Notes under the pieces: model-generated
The model's input: the letters and a program-made list of their open reading frames with translations, nothing else
Told to the model about the DNA's origin: nothing
The model's database searches: none
Source of the DNA: an uncultured Bacteroidota bacterium
GTDB taxonomy: Bacteria > Bacteroidota > Bacteroidia > Bacteroidales > M50B96
Assembly: GCA_937954085.1 (NCBI GenBank)
Contig: CALGAK010000025.1
Span: 9,317 to 73,316, forward strand
DNA: 64,000 nt
Direction: 5' to 3'
Shown: positions 57,501 through 64,000 of the stretch, in pieces
Position numbering within the stretch: the first letter of the stretch is position 1
Layout of the letters: each line of letters opens with the position of its first letter
Made by a program: the position numbers and the translations under genes

Positions 57501-58280
57501 CGGATTGATGAGCAAGCGATAAACCATGTTAAAACTTGCGAGGGTATAGCTTAGGCCAGTTGTATTCCAAGTTTGCCCTCCATCGGTTGATTTTAATACC
57601 CCTACACTTCGATTATCCCAAGCATTTTTATCGCCAGTGGCAATGTAGATAGTTTGAGAAGTAGCGAAATTGGATGGAATAACGATATCGCTTACTGCCA
57701 GAACAGCATTTTGGTCGGTCAGACAGGTCCAGGTAGCTCCATTGTTTGTGGTTTGCCACAAGCCACCGGCAGCAGCACCAACCCAATAAATATTGTTATT
57801 ACTTGGATGAAAGGCGACACAATTGAGACGACCAATTCCTGCATATCCTCCGCTAGAATTGTCGGGACCTTTAACAGTCCAATCGCCCGTGTAACCGATA
57901 GCATTTTTAGTTTGAGTACGTTGAAAAGCCTCATGAATTTCATAGGCCGATTGTTCAGGGAAGGCTCCTGTTTGTGGATCGACCATTGCTTCCATGTAAT
58001 ACTCCCAACGTTTGAATTGGCGCCATCCTGGTGCTTTGCGGCGAGTTCCATTTTCGTAGTAATAACCGTCCTTCACGTCGTATGGCTCCCAATAGTCATA
58101 GAAAGCATCTCTGTAGTCGTAGAAGGTTAATTCGCTTTTCGTTTTATTTTCGGGAAGGTTTCTAAGCCATTGCTGAGCTGTTGATTCAGAATAGCTTATA
58201 GAGGTTAGGATGAGAAGGAAAGTGAATGATCGAATAAGACCTATCAGCTTGTTTTTTAAGAAGTAAGAATGGACTATCAT
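54528..58280 (-). CDS. Large secreted BNR/Asp-box (sortilin/Vps10-like beta-propeller) protein with GEVED domain and tandem C-terminal repeats
   Basis: 1250 aa with a signal peptide. At least 9 Asp-box motifs (STDGGQTW, TNGGTTWS, SSNGGASWS, STNGGSTWS, STNNGTSWT, TTNRGDSW, TTNDGGSWT, SVNGGSSWT…). It has the GEVEDYGITI motif and two ~75-84-aa C-terminal repeats. No recognisable T9SS type-A tail is present. Confidence 0.75.
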   Translation of the reverse strand: MIVHSYFLKNKLIGLIRSFTFLLILTSISYSESTAQQWLRNLPENKTKSELTFYDYRDAFYDYWEPYDVKDGYYYENGTRRKAPGWRQFKRWEYYMEAMVDPQTGAFPEQSAYEIHEAFQRTQTKNAIGYTGDWTVKGPDNSSGGYAGIGRLNCVAFHPSNNNIYWVGAAAGGLWQTTNNGATWTCLTDQNAVLAVSDIVIPSNFATSQTIYIATGDKNAWDNRSVGVLKSTDGGQTWNTTGLSYTLASFNMVYRLLINPNNVNELLAATSDGVFKTTNGGTTWSTLLTTTQFVDLEYQPGNWNVLLGSNTSGQIYRSSNGGASWSQVHGASDAYRTELAVSPAQNTVVYAISENGSSGLHGIYKSTNAGQSFTLVFDGSQSGNNLLGWDSNGGGSSGQGWYDLAIAASPTNANTVLIGGVNTWRSTNGGSTWSIVNHWWGDGVPAVHADKHFLAYRSNGDLFECNDGGIYLSTNNGTSWTDKTNGMQISQMYKLGIAQSVADETITGLQDNGTKLCESNSWSDVKGGDGMECIIDYSNVNIQYGTYVNGQISRTTNHWVSATDIEPNGYPGAWVTPYIIHPTNPQILYAGYADVWKTTNRGDSWIKISTMNTSNKLRSMAIAPSSPTTIYVADDTNIWKTTNDGGSWTNITGTLPASSGYIRSIAVKADDPNTLWVGLSGYSVAGVYESVNGGSSWTNISTGLPMIPVWSVIQNKQVTTEVHLYAGTEVGVYFKKGGQNWVFFNTGLPNVKIGELEIYYAAAPSLSKLRAATYGRGLWETNVYFYEQDMEFASLQNSQMQVEPVNPGSLGQEILQIQVDMQGNLNPLTAGLFSFSTNGSSAPSQDIQAAKLLYSGSINSMANAVQVGTSVSNPQGSFQINASQVLNDGPNFFWLTYDLNPNATVGNFLDAELLSLLVDSLYTPDSIAPAGNREIQWNYCDASGGTSGSWEYINFFSFHTINNGPTGEEPGFYANFTANHIAEVYPGSTYNFSVTIGNAYSSDKVRIWIDWYRDGVFSGANELAFESAQGVGPFTGTITIPADADLGNTRMRVRLWDDGSSSIQGAPCGAENYGEVEDYGITILPTVQQQAINIPSTWYYFSTYLIPSEPSIALACQPLGSNLALIKNYLGDMYWPQWGVNTIGNWVVGQAYQIKLNSAQTLTIDGTPLVPEETILTIPSGWSLLGYLRQSSFSIQQALDPIVSQIAIVKNSAGQSYWPTFQVNTIGLMNPGEGYQILMNSSQSFTYPAN

Positions 58281-58779
58281 GAATATTTCGATTAATGAGC
58301 TAGTACTAGCTATGTTCTATACAAAAGTGCCATAAAAAAGCTTAGAATGCAATGAAGCATTTTTTTATTTCACCGATGAACTTTTCTTATTTAGATTGAT
58401 TCTTTCTAAGAAAAAGAATGTATTTTTGAGACAAATTCAACACCATGGTATTAGAGTCTATCCTTTGGCAGGAGTTTCTGACCTTCAGTTTGGTCGTAAG
58501 TTCGTTTTCCTATTTCCTATATCACGCGGTAAAACTGTTTCTCCCATCGAGATTTGTAAAGAAACACGGGGGGTGTTCGAGTGGATGCAAAAGCTGCTCA
58601 CTTCATTAGTTGTTTCTTTCATCATTCCATTAGATCATTATGGAATTTGCAAAAGCGCCCATGATGGTTGATTTACCTGCTGCAAAAAATGTTTTTCGCC
58701 CCGAATTAGGTGCAACTAAATGAGAGGAGTTGAATCAAATCTTTTAGTTTTGGCGCTTCATTAAAAATTTCAATCCAAT

Positions 58780-60720
58780 ATGTTTAAATCTCTTTTACAA
58801 CTTTCCTTAGTGGTTCTTCTTCTAGTTACTGGAAATTCGCTTCAGGCTCAAATCAGTTATGGTGGTTTACCTTACAGTTTTGAGCACACTTTAGAAAATA
58901 CACCAGAGGAAATTCACTTAACCCCCATCGATGCACAAAAGTACCTTAACGAAGATTTGGAGCGGGATCGGCGCGGAGAGTTTTATCGTACAGGCATTGC
59001 TATTCCAGTTGAAATCAACAGTCAAATACAAGGAACCTGGGAATCGTTGCCCAATGGCGATCGCTTATGGCGTTTGACTCTTGGAAGTCGTGGAGCAGTC
59101 GCATTGGGTGTTTATTTCACCAATTTGTGGATTCCGGAAGGAGGAGAACTTTATTTATACAATGCGGATAGAACCAAGATTTTAGGAGCATATACCTACT
59201 TGAACAATGCAGCTTCCGGAATTTTCTCCACTGAACCGATACCTGGCGATTTGATTAGCATTGAGTATTATGAACCCAGTTATGCGCAAGGCGAAACCCA
59301 ACTTGAAATCGGTAATCTTGCCTACATGTACCGCGGGTTCGACTCAAATGGCTTAAGTCTGAAGAATTACAACACTTCGGGCACTTGTCAGGTAGATGTT
59401 GCTTGTTCTGAGGCGAATGCATGGAGAGATCAGGAGCGTTCGGTGGCAAAAATTGTTGTAAAGGACGGCACCATGTATGGATTTTGCACCGGTTCGTTAG
59501 TGAATAACACCGAAGAAAACTGCATGCCTTATTTCCTTACAGCCGATCATTGTGGAGAAACTTCCAGTTTTGAAGATTTTCAAGCTTGGGTTTTCATTTT
59601 CAATTATCAGCGCAGTGAGTGCAATAATACCTCCGAAGGGGAACCAGGATATACCAGTGTCGTTGGTGCACAGCGACTGGCACACGGAATTAACAATGTA
59701 GGAAGCCGCTCGGATTTTCTCTTGGTTCAATTGTCGACCTATCTTCCTGGCGATGTAGAAGCCTATTTCAATGCATGGAGAAATACCAATTTAGCGAGTA
59801 GTGCAGGCGTATGCATACATCATCCTTCGGGCGACATTAAAAAGATTTCAACTTACACGAGTACCATTTCCAATTATTACAACACACATTGGAATGTTGG
59901 TTGGGCTACAACCATAAATGGCTGGGGCGTAACAGAAGGAGGCTCTTCGGGATCACCACTTTTCAACTCGGCAAAAGAAGTTATTGGAACCTTAACAGGA
60001 GGCTTATCGGCTTGTGAGAATGGAGGAGCTGGAGCTGGAACCGGCCCTTATCAAAAAGATATTTACGGAAAATTCAGCTATCATTGGGCTTCTAATGGAA
60101 CAGCCCCGACAGCTCGATTAAAAGATTGGCTAGACCCGAGCAATAGTGGTGCAACCAGTGTTGCAGGTCGCGATAACGATTGCGAATTATATCCCGTAGT
60201 TGCCGATTTCTTCATCGAGGATACTATTATTCCCCTCAACACGACCATTAAATTTTTCAATACCAGTTTATACCATCCCGATTTAGGTTGCTCTTATTTC
60301 TGGGAATTCGAAGGCACTGCTCAAACGGCTACCTCGGTGATTAATAGTCCTACCCGAACTTTCATTGATAATGGAGTTTATCCTGTTAAACTTACGGCCA
60401 CTTCCAACGGAATCAGTTCTCAAAAAATTATCCACTTATATGTTGGCAACTTGGGTGTAGACCAGGAGCAAGATGCTGGTTTTGTTGTGTATCCGAACCC
60501 TGCGCGCGAAGAAGTTTTTGTTAATCTTTCGGCTGCTTTAGCCAATTCAAGTCGCATCGAACTGAGCGATCTTACAGGTCGTACGATCCTCAGTCAGGAT
60601 GTTTCGAGTACTAATACAACTCAACGACTCAATGTGTCCGATTTACCAACCGGAATTTATCAAGTTATCATTTATCATGAAACAGGACGTTTCTCAAAAA
60701 AACTAAGCTTGGTTAAATAA
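58780..60720 (+). CDS. Secreted S1-family serine endopeptidase (lysyl-endopeptidase-like) with PKD-like domain and T9SS C-terminal sorting domain
   Basis: Signal peptide. Catalytic triad contexts LTADHCG (His), SDFLLVQL (Asp) and TEGGSSGSPLF (Ser). The C-terminal …VVYPNPAREEVFVNL…LPTGIYQVIIY… is a typical type-A T9SS CTD. Confidence 0.8.
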   Translation: MFKSLLQLSLVVLLLVTGNSLQAQISYGGLPYSFEHTLENTPEEIHLTPIDAQKYLNEDLERDRRGEFYRTGIAIPVEINSQIQGTWESLPNGDRLWRLTLGSRGAVALGVYFTNLWIPEGGELYLYNADRTKILGAYTYLNNAASGIFSTEPIPGDLISIEYYEPSYAQGETQLEIGNLAYMYRGFDSNGLSLKNYNTSGTCQVDVACSEANAWRDQERSVAKIVVKDGTMYGFCTGSLVNNTEENCMPYFLTADHCGETSSFEDFQAWVFIFNYQRSECNNTSEGEPGYTSVVGAQRLAHGINNVGSRSDFLLVQLSTYLPGDVEAYFNAWRNTNLASSAGVCIHHPSGDIKKISTYTSTISNYYNTHWNVGWATTINGWGVTEGGSSGSPLFNSAKEVIGTLTGGLSACENGGAGAGTGPYQKDIYGKFSYHWASNGTAPTARLKDWLDPSNSGATSVAGRDNDCELYPVVADFFIEDTIIPLNTTIKFFNTSLYHPDLGCSYFWEFEGTAQTATSVINSPTRTFIDNGVYPVKLTATSNGISSQKIIHLYVGNLGVDQEQDAGFVVYPNPAREEVFVNLSAALANSSRIELSDLTGRTILSQDVSSTNTTQRLNVSDLPTGIYQVIIYHETGRFSKKLSLVK

Positions 60721-60785
60721 AGGATTTCCATCACGATCCAGGAAAATTGCTCCGTGAATTCGATATCTTTAGGCAAATTTTTTTT

Positions 60786-63161
60786 ATGCGACAGATATTG
60801 ATGCTTTTAGGAGCAATTTTCTTTTCCGGAATATCTACTTTATATGCTCAAATTCAAGAAGATGGGATTCCTGCCTCGATAGCAGGCGCTGTTTCTTCGA
60901 AGGTTCCATTCATTAAGCTAAACCCTGATTATCAGGCTTTGGAAGAACAATCCAATAAGAAACTCGTCTTTGCCTATCCTGCCGATTGGAACCAGGTTTT
61001 CGACCTTCATTGTACCCACGACACCTTCGGCTCCTTGGTCGTTGAACGCTTGGGTTTTTACAGTCCCGAAGCAAAGAGTCTTTATTTTGAAGTAGAAGAT
61101 TTTACCCTTGCTGCCGGAGCTTCCTTTTACATTTACACCCCCGATTATACAACGATTCGAGGGAAATACACCTCACGAATTAATCCAAGTAATGGAAGAA
61201 TGGCTTTTTCCCCACTTCCGGGAGATTCGCTCATAGTAGAACGAGTAAACGTTCTCGGCAGTGAACCGTCTGCCCCTTTTACAATCAGTCGATTTTATCA
61301 CGATTTTTTCGGAATAATCGGATCCGAGCAATCGACCCTCAAAAGCTCAGGCTCTTGCGAGGTAGATATTGCTTGTTTCGAAGGCGAAGAATGGCAACGA
61401 GAAAAGAGAGGAGTCTGTCGGATCCTTTCAGGTGGCTCCCTATGCACCGGAAGTTTGGTAAATAACACGCTAGAAGATGCTCGTCCTTTCCTGCTAACGG
61501 CAAATCATTGTATCAATAACCAGGTTCAAGCCGACAACAGTGTCTTTTTATTTAATTATGAACATGCTGATTGTTATGGGATTACCGAAAGCAATGAGCA
61601 GAGCATTAGCGGAGGTCAATTGCGTGCTACTACTTACCATTTAGACTTCGCCTTACTTGAACTAGCCTTTGCTCCTCCCCCATCTTACAACCCTTATTAT
61701 CTGGGGCTTAATCTCAATTCCGACACAGCAAAACATACCACCGTTATCCATCATCCGATGGGCGATGTGAAAAAAATATCGAAAGATTTTGAAACGCCAG
61801 TCGTTGCGAATTATGGTGGAGGTTATGACAATTTCTCGCATTGGAAAGTCTTGCAATGGGATTTAGGGACTACCGAGGGAGGCTCGTCGGGTTCACCCCT
61901 CATGAATCAGAATCATTTAATCATCGGGACTTTGACTGGTGGCGAGGCGACCTGCAATCATTTCTTCAACGATTTTTTTAGCATGATTCACCTTGCCTGG
62001 GATGCTTACCCGATGCCTTCGCAACAATTGAAGTATTGGTTGGACCCGCTGGGAGAAAATCCTAGTTCGATTAGAGGTTACGACCCTTATGCATTTCAAT
62101 CTGCTCCCGAAGCTAGAGCAGGACTTATTCATCCACAGACACTTACAGGTCGCCCCATCGACCTTATCGACCTCAGTCTTGGCAATATTGACACTTGGAG
62201 CTGGAATTTAGCTGGTTCCGAGTTTGGAAGCTCATCGCTTCCTAATCCTGCTTCAGTAACATACTCTTCCCCGGGTAATTACACTGTTCAACTGGAAGTC
62301 ACTAACAATTATGGATCGAATGCTTACACGCTGCCTGATCCGATCATGGTACGTGATGCCTGTATCGATATCCATCACATTGCCATCGATGAAACTTTAT
62401 CCTTGGCTACCAATCAAGAGGGAGATTATTATTTAGGGAACAATTCTTTTGACGTACAAAAGATAGCAGAGCGATTCAGACTCCCTACCAACGATTATTG
62501 GGTTCATGGTATTTATATCCACCCCGGAATGGTTAATCCCTCCTTTTCAGGCGAAACCTTCAATCTTGTCATTTGGGAAGGTGCCTCTTTCCCCGGTTTG
62601 GTTATTTATTCCGAGAGCTATACGGTAGAAGATTTAATTCCGAATGCATGGAATTTTTTACCTTTTACCAGCCCTATTTATGTAGATGGTAATTTTTACG
62701 CTGGTATTGAACCAGCAAATCCGGATAATAATTCCCTTATTCTTTCACAAACTTCCTTACGTGGAATCAACGGAAAGAACACCATCTATTTGAACTATGC
62801 GTCTAATCCGGGTAGTCCGATTTGGCAAAAGTCGAATTACCTCGATTCAACCTTAACCGGCTCATTGGGAATAAAAGTGCGATTATGCGAAGCCATCAAT
62901 TCCGTTCAAGAAACAGTTAGCCAAACAGGAATTAGGGTGTGGCCTAATCCGGCAAGGGATATCATCAAGATCGAATCCACTCAATCGATTACACAAATAG
63001 ATGTTTATAATCAATTGGGAGCCTTGTTGGAAAGGAGAAAATCGATCAATATGGAGTCAGCACATCCATTATCGATTGGCGGTTTAAGCCCGGGTGTGTA
63101 TTATATCGAGATTCAACTGTTGGATGGGAGTCGTGAACGAGAGCGATTTATTAAGTGGTAA
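60786..63161 (+). CDS. Paralogous secreted S1-family serine endopeptidase with extra domains and T9SS C-terminal sorting domain
   Basis: LTANHC (His), LDFALLEL (Asp) and TEGGSSGSPLM (Ser). It has a PKD-like segment (…YSSPGNYTVQLEVTN…) and the C-terminal …RVWPNPARDIIKIE…LSPGVYYIEIQ T9SS CTD. The first ATG was chosen; the track TTG is at 60747. Confidence 0.8.
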   Translation: MRQILMLLGAIFFSGISTLYAQIQEDGIPASIAGAVSSKVPFIKLNPDYQALEEQSNKKLVFAYPADWNQVFDLHCTHDTFGSLVVERLGFYSPEAKSLYFEVEDFTLAAGASFYIYTPDYTTIRGKYTSRINPSNGRMAFSPLPGDSLIVERVNVLGSEPSAPFTISRFYHDFFGIIGSEQSTLKSSGSCEVDIACFEGEEWQREKRGVCRILSGGSLCTGSLVNNTLEDARPFLLTANHCINNQVQADNSVFLFNYEHADCYGITESNEQSISGGQLRATTYHLDFALLELAFAPPPSYNPYYLGLNLNSDTAKHTTVIHHPMGDVKKISKDFETPVVANYGGGYDNFSHWKVLQWDLGTTEGGSSGSPLMNQNHLIIGTLTGGEATCNHFFNDFFSMIHLAWDAYPMPSQQLKYWLDPLGENPSSIRGYDPYAFQSAPEARAGLIHPQTLTGRPIDLIDLSLGNIDTWSWNLAGSEFGSSSLPNPASVTYSSPGNYTVQLEVTNNYGSNAYTLPDPIMVRDACIDIHHIAIDETLSLATNQEGDYYLGNNSFDVQKIAERFRLPTNDYWVHGIYIHPGMVNPSFSGETFNLVIWEGASFPGLVIYSESYTVEDLIPNAWNFLPFTSPIYVDGNFYAGIEPANPDNNSLILSQTSLRGINGKNTIYLNYASNPGSPIWQKSNYLDSTLTGSLGIKVRLCEAINSVQETVSQTGIRVWPNPARDIIKIESTQSITQIDVYNQLGALLERRKSINMESAHPLSIGGLSPGVYYIEIQLLDGSRERERFIKW

Positions 63162-63262
63162 TTCCTGTTTAAGAATAGGGCGCGACATTCCACTAAGATT
63201 TTAAATTTGTGCTTCCTTAATCGAATTTAATTCATCAAAACATATAATTACTAAACAAAACC

Positions 63263-64000
63263 ATGAAAAACTTACTTCATTTAATGATTGTGATAGGACT
63301 TTTGAGTTCTTGTCAATCAGAACCAAAAACCAGCGAGACGAATATGAATCCATTCTTTTCCGATTACGAGACACCTTTCGAGGTTCCGAATTTCGATGCA
63401 ATTGAATTAGAGCACTTTATGCCTGCCTTTCAGCAAGGTATGGTTGAGCAAAAAGCAGCCATTGAAGCATTGGTCTCCAACTCCGATCCGGCTACTTTCG
63501 AAAATACGATTGAAGCTTTAGAGTACAGCGATGCATTGTTAACCAAGGTCGGTAATGTTTTTTACAACCTGCGTTCTTCGAACACGAACGACAGCTTGCA
63601 AGCCATTGCAAAAGAGGTAATGCCTATGTTATCGAAACACAGCGACGACATTGCACTAAACCCGGAGCTTTTTAAACGAGTTAAATCGGTTTACGAAAAT
63701 CGAGAGCAGTTCAATTTAAACGAAGAGCAGAAACAACTATTGGAAAAACGCTACAAATCCTTTGTTCGAGGCGGAGCGAATTTACCAGAGGAATCTAAAG
63801 CCCGTTTCCGGGAGATTAATGCCGCGTTATCGACCCTTACACTGCAGTTTGGCGAAAATCAATTGAAAGATGGCACCAGTTGGGAAATGGTTTTGGAATC
63901 GACCGATTTGACCGGATTACCTGAATCGGTTATAGCCGGAGCATCGGAAGCGGCGGAAGCAAAAGGTTACAGCGGCAAATATTTATTCACCTTAGATAAG
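63263..64000 (+). CDS. M3-family peptidyl-dipeptidase (Dcp-like), N-terminal fragment running off the window end
   Basis: Hand-translated open frame from ATG 63263 to the window end: MKNLLHLMIVIGLLSSCQSE…NPFFSDYETPFEVPNFDAIELEHFMPAFQQGM…PATFENTIEALEYS…. This is the typical Dcp/oligopeptidase A N-terminus with a lipoprotein signal. Confidence 0.8.
   Translation, partial: MKNLLHLMIVIGLLSSCQSEPKTSETNMNPFFSDYETPFEVPNFDAIELEHFMPAFQQGMVEQKAAIEALVSNSDPATFENTIEALEYSDALLTKVGNVFYNLRSSNTNDSLQAIAKEVMPMLSKHSDDIALNPELFKRVKSVYENREQFNLNEEQKQLLEKRYKSFVRGGANLPEESKARFREINAALSTLTLQFGENQLKDGTSWEMVLESTDLTGLPESVIAGASEAAEAKGYSGKYLFTLDK

Noticed and set aside
57654-58130. ORFs of 158 aa (+) and 110 aa (-, alternative frame) inside the 5' part of the BNR-repeat gene.
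   Set aside because: The long minus-strand frame is continuous for 1250 aa with repeated Asp-box motifs. The others are overlapping chance frames.
58396-58671. A 91-aa ORF in the divergent intergenic region between the BNR protein and the first S1 peptidase.
   Set aside because: It has a non-ATG start, no motifs, and lies where two promoters are expected. It is probably non-coding.
1-64000. A window-wide look for CRISPR arrays, tRNA/rRNA genes, IS elements, integrases, phage or toxin-antitoxin/defence modules.
   Set aside because: I recognised no direct-repeat/spacer arrays, cloverleaf-like conserved tRNA segments, transposase, integrase or recombinase motifs, or typical defence-gene signatures in any frame.

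Overview
This 64-kb chromosomal segment looks like a Bacteroidota genome. Supporting signs are the rpmB-rpmG-DUF4295-ftsY arrangement, TAnnTTTG-type -7 promoter boxes, CarboxypepD_reg-type TonB-dependent receptors and T9SS C-terminal sorting domains. I can support about 55 protein-coding genes, one SRP RNA and several clean rho-independent terminators. I saw no tRNA, rRNA, CRISPR array, transposase or integrase. 1-18 kb (mostly minus strand) is housekeeping: ribosomal proteins L28/L33, pyrD, iorAB, a PduO-type adenosyltransferase, tilS, sucC, a deoxynucleoside kinase and a prolyl oligopeptidase. 18.3-25.8 kb is a plus-strand Liu/Atu-like acyl-CoA carboxylase cluster (carboxyltransferase, enoyl-CoA hydratase, biotin carboxylase/BCCP, AtuA-family protein, acyl-CoA dehydrogenase). 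The most unusual part is 31-41.4 kb. It holds an FNR-like (four-Cys) Crp/Fnr regulator with FNR-type palindromes in three nearby promoter regions. It also holds a redox gene island with 15 CxxCH haem-c motifs: a monohaem lipoprotein, a DUF5777 beta-barrel, a heptahaem cytochrome, a cytochrome b, a Tat-exported NrfC-like FeS protein, an NrfD-like membrane protein, an unknown protein, a monohaem cytochrome c, and a hexahaem lipoprotein with a collagen-like linker. No recognisable catalytic subunit is present. I flag this island as the best candidate for an undescribed respiratory or electron-transfer system. Downstream lie a Fur-family regulator fused into an operon with two TonB-dependent receptors and two DUF4625 lipoproteins, then the SRP RNA, a GT2/PAP2/GT39-like envelope-modification module, and feoAB. 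The window ends with a secreted-protein block: a 1250-aa BNR/GEVED protein, two paralogous Lys-C-like S1 peptidases with T9SS tails, and an M3 dipeptidase fragment. All functional calls come from reading the translations and recognising motifs. No database search was run.
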